Positions 24,001 to 39,140 of a DNA stretch of 64,000 bases are shown here, in pieces (positions within the stretch are counted from its first letter, which is position 1; every line of letters begins with the position of its first letter). Source of the stretch: Protoeuglena noctilucae (lineage: Eukaryota); contig OY253688.1 of NCBI GenBank assembly GCA_958009085.1, positions 1-64,000 on the forward strand, read 5' to 3'. The translations under genes and the position numbers were made by a program. The notes beneath the pieces are model-generated. The model was given only the letters and a program-made list of their open reading frames with translations, ran no database searches and was not told where the DNA came from.

Positions 24001-25354
24001 GGAGGCAGGGTCTGCGAGGGGTGCGGTGCTGCTGTCACTGCTGAGGGCGGCGGACTTCTTGGATGGGCAGCCGGGGGCGGGGGACGTGGAGAGCGTGCGA
24101 GAGTGGTTGGAGCAGGTGAGGGTGCGAGTGGCATGGAGACGGTCATGATAATGATGATGATGCCATCACATGCACGAGCATGCGCATCTATCTACCGCCT
24201 AATCATCTCATCCATCGCCATCCACCCCTATCACCCACTGTAACACTCATCGCACCTTCTCATCCCTCTGCAGAGTGCGGGCCCTGCCACGGTCGACCTC
24301 TCCTCCGACCGCTCCCCCCCACCCCCGCCCCTGGCCTCCCTGCTGTCGCGGCGGGGCAGCCCCCGCGCCCAGGCAGCACTCCAAGCACTGCAGGAGAGAC
24401 TGGACGCGGGGGGACTGACGCGGCCGTGGCTGGACGACACGGCCACGCTGGCACGGTGAGGGGTGGCAGTCGGGGTGGCCACATGTGACGCGACTGGTGG
24501 ATATGGAAGGGTGGAGTTGAGCATGGAGTTTAGCATGTGTTGCGACTGATGGGCCGACTGAAGCACCGAGCACTAACATCGCTCGTCACCCTCGCAACCC
24601 ATCCTTGTTTCCGCTTTGTTCTCATCACTCTACTGCAACTCATGCCACTCACACCCATCCCCATCCCCCACCCCCTCAGGTCCCACTGCGGCATGCCACT
24701 CACATGTATCCCCTGTCCCCATCTCTCTGCCATGTGCCACTCACATGCAACCCATCTCCCATCCCCCCACCCACCCCCTCTCAGGTCCCACTGCGGCATG
24801 CCCCTGTCGCCCCCGCCTGCCCCCCTGGCCGCCTCCGCCACTGCCGCCCTCTGCGCCCACTTGACCATTGCTTTGCGGTCCGTGGATGTGGTGGGGTCCT
24901 TCGCGTGCGCACTGCCGCTGGCACTCGCGTCGCGGTGGGGCGCGTGCGTGCGTGTGCCGCTGCGTGCGGTGCCTGGGGTGGTCAAGGCGATGCGGGCAGC
25001 GATGACGGAACAGGAGGGGCAGCTGCTGGCGGAGGTGAGGGAGGGGTGTGATGGGGGATGACTGTACTACAGTGGGTGTGACCCAGGGCAGCTGATGGGC
25101 ATGCTTGCGCGTTCGCCTCTCATCTCCCCCAGCACTGGCACAAGTGTGATACAGTGGATGTGCTCAAATGTAGTATGCTTAGTAATTGAGCATAATCGAT
25201 TTCGTCCCCCCCCCCCCAGCACGCTTCCAACGTGGTGGATGTGCTGAAGGGCGCGGCTTGGGCGCAGGAGAGGGGAGCCGAGACGCTGAAGAGACTGGTG
25301 GAGATGCTGTGCAAGGATGGGGATGGGGATGGAGATAAGGATGCGCAGGGGTAG
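21035..25354 (+). CDS. UFL1: E3 UFM1-protein ligase 1 (11 exons)
   Basis: N-terminus ELNDLLSQLAAVQ...QLNERVAVEIVLKL...LINTIDGREYLTRSHLRKEL...GGRLTLSD matches the UFL1 signature; phase-consistent GT-AG introns. Confidence 0.85.
23020..23512. repeat. Perfect 77-bp inverted repeat (arms 23020-23096 and 23436-23512) flanking UFL1 exon 23111-23424
   Basis: Arm 2 is the exact reverse complement of arm 1 (TCATCCCTCGCACCCACC...CTACACCCCACT), checked base by base. Confidence 0.95.
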
Positions 25355-25556
25355 AGGAATGCGCTGTGCGACGGCGGTGACCCATGCAGCGTGGGTGAGA
25401 GCGAGGGTGCTAGGGGTTGCAAAGAGCATCGACAGACTCTAGACATCGCTGCTGTTGCTGTCGCATGCTTTGAAGCGTGTTGTTCGTTGCGTCGCACAAA
25501 GGTGCGTGTGATTGAATGTCCTAGTAATCATCGGCACGGTCTGTCACGGCCTGGCG

Positions 25557-26794
25557 TCACGGGTCCACGCGCACGAGCTTGATGTCGAACTGCAGCGTCT
25601 TGTCAATCATGTTGTTCTTGCCCTCTACCACGAACGACAGGGCCCTGCGGGGATGACACACGACACGCTTGCAAATGCGACCGTGCTGTCACGACGTCTC
25701 ATATAACCCCATGCAACTCCCCATGTACACAATACCACACACCCATACACACCCCACAATGCCTCACCTGTCCCCCGAGAATGTCATCTACCCCCTGTAT
25801 ACACCCACCCGCACCCACAACCACCCCACCCCACACATCCCCACCTCTCCCCCGAGAATGTCGTCGGCTTGGGCCCCCACGTCCGGAAGTCGCCATCCGG
25901 GTACGACAGCTCCCAGGGGACGATCACGCGGCGGATGCCACCCTCCTGGGGACGGAGAATGCAATGCTTGAGCGTCGCAAGCAGGCACAGAGGCTATGCC
26001 TGGCAAGTGCTGACAGCCTCACTGCCTCCAGTAACCCACCCCTGCCACCCTTGAACAATATCAACAACACCCCCCCCACCCCCACGCGCCCCTCGCCTTC
26101 ATCCCCTCCACTGCCTCCTGGAACCCAGCGATGACGCGGTCCTCCCCCAATCGAAACCGATAGTAGTCCTTGTCATCATCGTTAAACGACGACCCCTTCG
26201 TCTTGTTCTTCGCCTCAAAGGGACGACCGTAGTACCCGATCGTCACGCCCGTCCAGTCCACCACGCACGTGTCACCGCGGCGCGGCTGGCGGCCGGTGCC
26301 TTCCCGGAAATCGTAGTACTGCAGCCCCGAGGGCGTCTCGGTGAAGTCCGCGAAACGCATGCGCTCTTTGCCGTAGTCCTTCCCCTTCAGCGCCTCCATT
26401 GACGACTCGCGTGTCGCGTGCGCGCTCTCGGGCCACGCGAGCGCTGCGGGGGCGGGCGACGGCGGGTGGATTGCGGGCACGCCTTGCCCGCGGGCGTGCG
26501 TGCGGCGTGTGGGGCCGCCTCCGCCCTCGACAGCCGCGAATGACGTATATTGCTACAAGGGTTGCGAATCTGACCTCCAGCAGCTTCGCAGGCCCTTCTC
26601 CGGCGTGTGAGGCCGCTTCCACACGCACCTGGGACGCAGGCCGCAACGCCTGCGCCTAGCAGCGACGCTACGTCGCGTCGAGACGGCAGCGCATGCAGGC
26701 GGTGCCGAAATGCATCGAGACGCCTCCTTGACTGCGGGCTAGTCCCGATCGCTCCCCCGGCCCGCTGTGCGGGGCAGGCAGCGAGACCACGCAT
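25557..26794 (-). CDS. FKBP19: Thylakoid-lumen FKBP-type PPIase, FKBP19-like
   Basis: GKDYGKERMRFADFTETPSGLQY, VVDWTGVTIGYYGRPFEAKNKTKG, GPKPTTFSGERAL; twin-Arg SRRD in the presequence. Start approximate. Confidence 0.88.
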
Positions 26795-27117
26795 CGCCCG
26801 CCCAGAAACACCCGATCCCGACGCACTCTCCGGTTTCGGCGATGACGTCAGCGGCTTTGCAGCAACCAGCGGCTCTCGCGGTCGCAGAGCCACTCCGCAG
26901 GGCAGCACACTGGCGCAGCTCCGACGTGGCGGTGGTGCACCCGCCAAGAGGCGCGTGCGCCTCCTCGCCGCGTGGATCCGGAGCGTTGGAGCGCGAACGA
27001 GCTTTTGGTGGCACGCAAGCGCTCTGCAATCCCTCCGCGTAATCTCTGTCGCAGAGTGCCGGGGCTGGTGGTGCGCCCTGGGGCCGTCGCCCCGTGAAGC
27101 GTCTGCTGCGCTCCAGG

Positions 27118-28418
27118 ATGGCAGAGCAGGACGTCGTCCTGTTCGCCGTGCGCAACGCGTTCTACCTGGGCGCGTACGCGACGTGCGTCGAGGAGGCCGA
27201 GGACATGGAGGAGCTCAGCGAGGCGCAGCGGGTGGAGAGGGACTGCTACGTTTACCGAAGCCACATCGCCCAGGGGAATTTCGAGGTGATACTGCGTGGC
27301 GCCCGGGCAGGCACAAGCCAGCCCCGGGCCTGTCGAATGGGTCGCGATCGCGCGCGTGGGGAGCCCGCGGGCGTCGCGGAGTTGGCGCACGGTGACTTGA
27401 CGCGTGCTTGCGCGCTTCTGTGACGCGCAGGCCGTGCTGGGGCCGTCGGGGATCCAGGACGACGCGCCCACGGCGGTGCTGGCGGTGCGGCTGCTCGCCC
27501 AGTACGACGCGGTCCCCGATCTCCGCGGGCAGGTGGTGGAGGAGATCAAGAGCTGGCTGGAGGTGACTGGCAAGCCGCGCGGGATGTCCGCGGGTCTCGA
27601 GAATCGCCCTCGATGTTGCTGGAATTCCCTGCCCGGCCCTCTCGCGCGCAGGACGACGCGTGCAAGTCCATCATCATGGTGCAGACGGTAGCGGGGCTCC
27701 TATTCAGCAAGGAGCAGGACTGGGGCGAGGCGCTGAAGGCGTGCCACGGGGCGCGGTCGCTGGAGCAGCACGCTGTGTGTGTCCAGGCCTACCTGGGGAT
27801 GGATCGGCCGGACAAGGCGCTGGAGCAAGTGAAGAAGATGGAGGAGGCGGACGAGGACGCGACGCTGACGCAGGTGGGGGCCGAGGAGGAAGGCACAACG
27901 GTGCAAGCGGGCTTTGTTCGGAGGCATATCATGTGAAGCACGTGCAATGCGTTCCCGTTCGCAGCTGTGCCAGGCGTGGGTTGGCATGGAGATGGGCGGG
28001 CGCCTCGCGGGGGAGGCGGGCGTGATTTTCCAGGACCTGGGAGATCGCTACTTCTGGACGCCCCAGATGCACACGTGGCGCGCGGTGGCCAAGATGCGCA
28101 CGGGCCGCTTCGACGAGGCGGAAGAGTCGCTGAAGGTGCGCGGCGCGCGGTGCTTTGTCTGATGCTGTGCAGACGATGCGACAGGGCTGCCAGCGTTGCG
28201 AGCAACGTGTGCTGTGACTCTGCCCGCAGGAGGCGATGGAGATGGATGCCAAGTTCCCGGACGCGCTGGCGAACGGCATCATCTGCGCGCTGCACCTGGG
28301 CAAGCCCACGGCGCCGCTGGTGCAGCAGCTGGGTGCCGTGGCCCCGGGGCACCTCCTGCTGCAGCGGGTGCGCGAGGCCGAGGAGGCCTTTGCGCAGGCG
28401 GCGAGCGCCTTTGCCTAG
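27118..28418 (+). CDS. COPE: Coatomer subunit epsilon (5 exons)
   Basis: LFAVRNAFYLGAY, ERDCYVYRSHIAQG, LEQHAVCVQAYLGMDRPDKA, DEDATLTQLCQAWVG, DALANGIICALHLGK. Confidence 0.93.
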
Positions 28419-29019
28419 GCGACCCCGCTGCAGCGCGATGTCCGCATGGGAGGGCCAGGCGTAGTGAGAAGTGTGGGCGGCACCGTTGGCGTTCTCGTTG
28501 CCAGCCAGCTGCCGAGGCCGGCATTAGCCATTCCTGTCGCGTGCTGCGATCATCGCATGCTGTTGAATCAACACATGCATGGCTTCTGGACGACCTGACG
28601 GGCTTGCCCAGGACTGGCAGCAAAGCGAGTCAGCGCGGCCAGGCCGTTTGGCGGAATGGCGCCCCGGCGGCAGCAAATGTTTCGTGACCCGGTCGCACCT
28701 GTGATCCCTGGCGACGCCGCCACCCGTCGTCGCATCGTAGGCCGCCCCTTTCCTTGAAAGGTCCCGAGCGAGAGAACGGCGCGATATTGTTGCGAGACCA
28801 GAGGCTGCGGCATCGTTGTTTTGTCAAAGGGATCTGTGGTGGCCATCTCGACCGTTTTTGGGCATCCACATCTGAGATCCGTGGTCGTTGCCTGCTTGGG
28901 ATGCGATGACCTGCGTGGCGTCCCTGAGACTGCGACTCCTGCTTATTCTCGCTTCTTTTACGCGTGCGGTGGACAAGGTCCTCAGGGGTCTGTCGGAGAT
29001 GCTCCACAGGGCGCGCGAC

Positions 29020-30156
29020 ATGGAGCCAAATGGCGAGGGAGGTGCGCGAGGGTTAGGCATGGACCGCGTTTGCAGAGGCGGGTTAAACCGTCAAGCGCAC
29101 TACCACGAGATTGATTCGACGGCAAGGAATCCTCCGCCGGGAAGCTGCCCGGTTCCTCGGCCGCGCGCGCGAGCGGTGGCGCCCTCCCCTATCGGCGCAG
29201 ACGACGCCGTCCTGCGGCTCATCGAGGACCGGCAGATCACCTCGCGTCACAGCCGGATCAGCACCGCAATCCGCTTCCGAAACGAATGCACGGTCCCGGT
29301 GCGGCTCGTCTGGGTGAGGCGCGGAGCGCAGGCTGGCCGGTGCTCATGCGACGCTCCCTTGCGCGCGCGCCGGCCGCCCTGTGATTTGATTTCGCCCGAA
29401 AGCAGCGCTATGGCTATAATTCATTTTCTCGCAATCCCTGTCTGCAGCTGGACTACAACGGGCGGCAGCAGACGTACGGCGTGCTGCAGCCCGGGGCGAC
29501 GCAGGCGCAGCCCACCTACTGCACGCATCCCTGGACCTTCTACGCGCTGGCCGGGGACGCGATGGACGCGGTCGTCGACGGCTGCCGGATCGTGTTCGCG
29601 AAGAAGAGCTCGGTGCGGGAGGCGGCCATCCGCCCCGCCGACCGCACGCCGTGGACTGTCGCCACGCACGCGCGCTTCCCCGCGGAGTTCCGCGAGAAGG
29701 TGACGCACGCGAAAATGCAAAAATCAAAATGTAAACGCACATGCCGCAATTCGCCTGCGCTAGATTGCAAGGGACAGCCCCCATGTGGTCACCCTGCAGG
29801 TCCGTGCTTTGCTCGTCACCCACCACCAGCTGCGCTCGGCGGACTGCCCCGCCACGCCCGCGCAGCAGCGCAGGTACGGCCTGAGGCCGCTCCCCGGCAG
29901 GTGACTGGCCGCTCGCGCGATCATGAGCCATCACACGTAGGCTGGGACGCGAACAGGCACGCGTGTTGCGTCACGTCCTTGCCCCAGGTGCCCGAGCCTT
30001 TGCGGGTCTTCTCTGGACCTGGGAGACTTACCCCCCGAGATGGTGCTGCTGATCGTGGAGCGCATGTCAGACTGGCACAAGGTCAAGAGCCTGAAGCCCC
30101 TGCCCACGCCTGCCGACATTGACGGGTGGAACGTCGGCGATGCGGACGCCGCGTGA
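29020..30156 (+). CDS. VHL beta-domain-like protein with C-terminal box-like motif
   Basis: TAIRFRNECTVPVRLVWLDYNGRQQTYGVLQPG...TYCTHPWTF resembles the VHL beta domain; then WTVATHARFPAEFREKVRALL and LGDLPPEMVLLIV. Start uncertain. Confidence 0.75.
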
Positions 30157-30506
30157 GACTAAGAGCGACAGACAGCGATGCTTGATCGACATGTACGTGC
30201 TGCCCGCCGTCGGGTGCCCGCGGCAATGTGAAGTTACACGCGCGACATGCGACGATGCCAGCGCCCGTCTCTGCTTCATGATGTGACGCCCCTACGCCAG
30301 TCGTGGCAGACCGGGCAGCCGGCAAACGGCAGCATGCGCGCAAGCTCGCACCCGCTCCCGGGACGCTCTAGGCCCAGCCACAGCACGGCACGATAGGCAC
30401 AAAGCGTGAGCCACCCTGAGGGAGCGGTGAGCGGTCGGTACCCGCATGCGCCCTGCGGCCTTCGCCATCGAGCAGGGTGGCACTGCAGCCCCGTTAACGC
30501 CCGCCG

Positions 30507-33500
30507 TCACATCATGGTGCCCCAGATGTGGATGCTGCCGTCGTCGCTGGCACTGGGGGCGCGAGACGGCGAGTGGGATGTAAGTGCGCTGACTGCCCCC
30601 GCTATCAATGAGTAAATATGCCCTGCTGGAGGACACGCTTGGAGGACACACAAAGCAACCAAGACATGGAATTCCCGTCACTAAGTTGATGTGGTGGTGA
30701 TAACATCGCTACTATTCCAACCCCTCCCNNNNNNNNNNNNNNNNNNNNNNNNNNNNNNNNNNNNNNNNNNNNNNNNNNNNNNNNNNNNNNNNNNNNNNNN
30801 NNNNNNNNNNNNNNNNNNNNNNNNNNNNNNNNNNNNNNNNNNNNNNNNNNNNNNNNNNNNNNNNNNNNNNNNNNNNNNNNNNNNNNNNNNNNNNNNNNNN
30901 NNNNNNNNNNNNNNNNNNNNNNNNNNNNGTCATAGTTACTGCCACAACACCACCCACTCTCACCTGGCGATCATGTGGTGGTGCCTGGGGTTCCAGCTGC
31001 AGCAGTTGACGGTCCCCGCGTGCCCGGACAGCACTTCCAGCAGCTTCCCCGTCTCCTTGTGCCACACGTACACTTGCGTGTCGTCACTCCCGCACGCCAC
31101 GAACCCCTCCTGGTAGCCACCCATGCACGGGCGCAGCACGAAGCGGCTGGACCGGTCGGGCATGCCCGTGTACTTGACCTTGGGGGACATGTCCATGCGG
31201 CCGTCCACCGACATCTCCCACAACTGCGGTGATGAGAGGGGAGGGTGGTGTCGGTCATTTGAATAACCATGCGATAATGGATTGATAGTCAGCTCCCACC
31301 ACTACTTGTCACGCATCCACCACCCCCTCATCTCCCCTCATCTCTCACCTCCAGTTGCTGCCCATACAACGCCACTCATCTCCCCCATCTCTCACCTCCA
31401 GTTGCTGCCCGTACAGCGCCACCAGCGCATGCCGGCTGTCCCTGCTCATGCACACCGAAAAGGCCCCCTCATCCAGCCTTGTGCTGCTCTCCGCCCCGCT
31501 CTCCAGCTCGTGCACACGCAGGCTGCGCATGGACTGCCCGTAACACACGAACACGAGCCGGCTGCCGTCTCTGGTCAGTGCCATGTCCGTCACGCGGTGC
31601 TCGCCCATGGGACGGCGCAGGTGCACTTCGCCTGTCGATGCGTCCAGCACCACCAGGTGACGGTCACTCGTGATGGCCGCGAACTGGAAGTGGGGGCGAA
31701 TGGTGGTGTGCTATTGGTAACAGCAGCACTATCGACACTACTTCACCACACCCATCACTCATTAACCCCACCCATCTCTCGCCTGGTCTCTCTGCCCCGG
31801 CACCCACTGCACCACCAGCGTGGCATGCCCGGCGTCGTAGGCCGGAGGGGGAGGGGCGGGGGAGCGGCCGGGGGGGGACGCCAGCGACAGCACCCGCAGC
31901 TGCCTGCCCTGGTGGGGGTCCCACACCGTCTGCGATAACAATAACAACAATGGGAGTGCGTGAGTGGTTGACAGTTGTTAGATGACACAATGATTGATAC
32001 TCGATGCGACAAGATCTAGCGACTACACACACATATACACACCCCCACCCCCACCCCCACCCCCACCCCACTCACCACCAACCCACAGCTCCTCCCCCTC
32101 CCCCCCTCCTCGCAAACTGCCAGCAGCCGTTCGCCATCCGCACTCCACGCCAGATACGCAACAGGCCCGGGATGTGGGCCCAGTTCCCTCGCAAGGGACC
32201 AGGGGGCATCCGAAGCGTCCTCAACATCTGAGGGACTGGCGTCGTGACTGGCACCGTGACTGGCATCATGCGAAACGCCAGTGCCGTCGGACGGAACGTG
32301 CCAGATGAGCACGCGCTGGTCCTGGGGGGGAGGTGTGGGGATGAGAGAGATGAGTTGTTTATGTTTGTATAGATGAGTTGTTCATGTTTGTGACATGTTA
32401 TGAGTGCAATTGTGTGAGATGAGCACAGGCGGGCGAGGAAGGGTGGGCGTGAAACAAGGGAGCGGCCACTTGTGCTGTCAGTCACTCTCCCATCTCCCCC
32501 CCCTCCATTAATAGAACCACCACTCAGTGTCTTTCACTGTCAATCTATCTACCCATCCACCCCCCCCCTCGCCTTGGACCCGCTCGCCAGCCACCGCCCG
32601 TCCGGGGAGAATGCGCAGAACCAGACCTCGTCCCTGTGGCCCTCCAATACCTGAGATGAAAGGGGATGAGATTGAATGAGATGAGAGAGTGACAGTGCAT
32701 GGGATAATGAGATGAGAGGGTGCGGATGGGGCGTGACGGTGAGGGAGTGAGGGAGGGGGGCATCCCCACCCACCGCACCCGCTTGGCTCTTAAACACCTC
32801 ATTTGCACACGTAGACCATCATAAACAACCACACATGACATACACATGAATTCCCTTTGTGACCCCCCCCCTTCAAAACTTGCCTGCACCAGCTCCGAGG
32901 GCACTTGCCCCGGCGTGGCGTAGACGTCCTCGAGCAGACTGGGCGGGTCGTCGGAGTTCAAATACACGCACTGCGACGCCTGGTACTTGAGCGCCTGGTC
33001 CAGCAGAGTCTCCAGGCGGCGGGGGGGGACGACCGAGGTGGGGGGGACCAGGCGAAGCAGGGACTGGGGGGGGGGGGGGGGGAGTGGATGAGCGAGAGAG
33101 TGAGAGGTAATCCAACAGCACTGCGCGGGACGCGTGCATGTGCTGTGGTGCAAACAAGCAAATGTCAGTGCTTTCAACCACACCCGCCCCTCACCTGCAG
33201 CACCCTCTCCCTCCCCTCCGCCCCCGCCGCATCCACGCCCGTCGCCTCCGCCACCGCAGACGCGTCCTGGCACAGCAGACCCGCACTAAGACGCCGCACC
33301 TCTCCCAGGTCCCCCCCTTTGCACGGCACCACCTCAGATCGGAGGATGCGCAGGGCACCAGACACGTCGCCGGACTGGGGGTGGGTGGGTGAGGGAAAGA
33401 GTGGGGTGGGAAGTGGCGTAGAGGGGGTGGGTGTGTGGGTGTGGGTGGGTGTGGATGGTAATGTGGGCATGGCACCTCCAATCTCTAAGCATCGTCATAG

Positions 33501-34185
33501 ACACACACGAACAGTCACAAACACACTGCCCCCCTCTCATTCCCTCACCATCAGCGTCTCGACCATTTTCTGCGCCAGCAGCAGGAACCTCGCCCTGCGC
33601 CGATCCGGATCAGTAAAAAAGGGAGCAGTCTCCACGCACGCCAGCGCCGACCCCCAGTCGCCCGCACGCACGGCCGATGCCAAGTGGAGGAGCTCGGAGG
33701 GCTGGCAAGCCACGCCGGTGCGGCTCTCCAGGAAGCGGGCCACGTCTGGGGGGTGGGAATGGTGTCAGGGTGGTTACTAACTACCCTTAATGCCAACAGG
33801 GTGGAGGTGGGACAGCACGCCCCGCACCTTCAACCATTCCCACCAGCAGCGTTCCTCTTTCCCCCCTCACCTTCCAATCCCAAATGCATCAGCTCCGCCT
33901 CCATCAGCCGCACAAGCTCCCGCGGGTCGATGTTGTTCCGAGGGCCCAGGCGAGTGGACCAGAGGCGCTGCAGGGCGTCGTGCTTGGCGACGCCGTTCGC
34001 GCCCGTCTCGGCGCTCGTCGCTGCGGATGCACAGAAACGTTTAGAATACCTCGGCATGGCGATGGGCTACAAGGCCCGACGCATTCCGCTTCGTTTGCAT
34101 CGCTGCCCGCTGCGGGAGCCAAGGCAAGCGCGTCGAGCGGCGAATCCCGTCCACGACGCTTCCGACGCGTCGCGTCGCTCACCAT
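30507..34185 (-). CDS. WDR26: WD40 protein WDR26/GID7-like (LisH/CTLH + WD40)
   Basis: IDPRELVRLMEAELMHLG, RARFLLLAQKMVE, VVPPRRLETLLDQALKYQ, LEGHRDEVWFCAFSPDGRWLASGSKD, FVACGSDDTQVYVWH...LSGHAGTVNCCSWNP. First exon uncertain. Confidence 0.88.
30729..30928. other. Assembly gap (200 N) in the last intron of WDR26
   Basis: Run of N. Confidence 1.
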
Positions 34186-35014
34186 GGTCCGCTCCGTTGC
34201 CGTCCGCGTCCTGCGCGGCCGGCATGGCTGGCGCGGGGGCGGCCTGGCCCCCGCTCGAGCGCTTGGCCGGCCTCGGCGCTCCTGCGACGCGCGCAGCGGC
34301 ATTTGCAGCATCGCGAAAGCCTTTCAGACACATCCACGCATCCAAGGGGGCCAGCGACGCGCGGTGACGTGCCGCCTGCCGCGCGGGCGAGACCCGTACC
34401 TGCGGACTTCGACTCCCTCGGCGACGGCGCGGCCTTGCGCTTCCCGGGTCGCCCCCTGGTCTGCGGCACCTCCGCGTCGCTATTGGCTGGCGCTGCGGTG
34501 ACGGCGGGGTTGCGGGGGACTTCTCCCGGGACCGTGGAGAGCTGCGAGGGTGCGCAGGGTCGCTGTGCGGGGACCCGGGAGCCGTGCAAGGGCGGTCCCG
34601 GGCTGTGATTTGATTCGATCTTGTCCTCGGGATGCGAATTGTACCCCGACGCACCTCCTTCTTCTCCCCTGGCGCTGTTGCGTGTGCTGCGCAGCATCAG
34701 TAAGGTGAGCTGCTCATCGAGGTATCCCTTCTCTGTGGGCCAATCAGGCGGCGGTTGAGACGAACCGATCGCGGCCGAGAGCGCGCGAGTCCCAAGAGGA
34801 TGCACGCCCTGCGCGTCTGGCACGCGTTCCTGCATCGCGGGAAGGCGATCACTGTTCGCGAGGATCGCACTGGGTGCGTCAGGCAATCGTCTGGTGCACG
34901 CGTGCGCAGGCAGCGCGACGCGTCCCCCGTCACGCAGCGCGGAGAGCGTCCCATACCTAACCGAGCACGGGCCCACGCCCCTGCGCACGGGTTGCGCCCG
35001 CTGCAGCCGTCCCC

Positions 35015-38921
<3,907 letters not shown>

Positions 38922-39140
38922 ATGGTAACAACGCTAATTGGATGTTTGAATGTGGAATGCGCAAGTGCGGCGTTGAAGACGGAGAGCGTAACTGTACCCA
39001 CGCATGCGTTGCATGTGTGACTGATGAGTGGGGCTCTGCAAACACGCTTCTACGCGACTTGCCGATGGTTGGTAGCACAGCTGATCGGTTTCAACCAGCA
39101 AGCGATGCCACACGGGCGTGGCACATGTGATGTCACATTC

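Noticed and set aside
331..34185. Cluster of ubiquitin/UBL ligase parts (F-box, UFL1, VHL-like, WDR26)
   Set aside because: They belong to different pathways, are interspersed with unrelated genes, and come from an abundant gene class; no evidence of a functional cluster.
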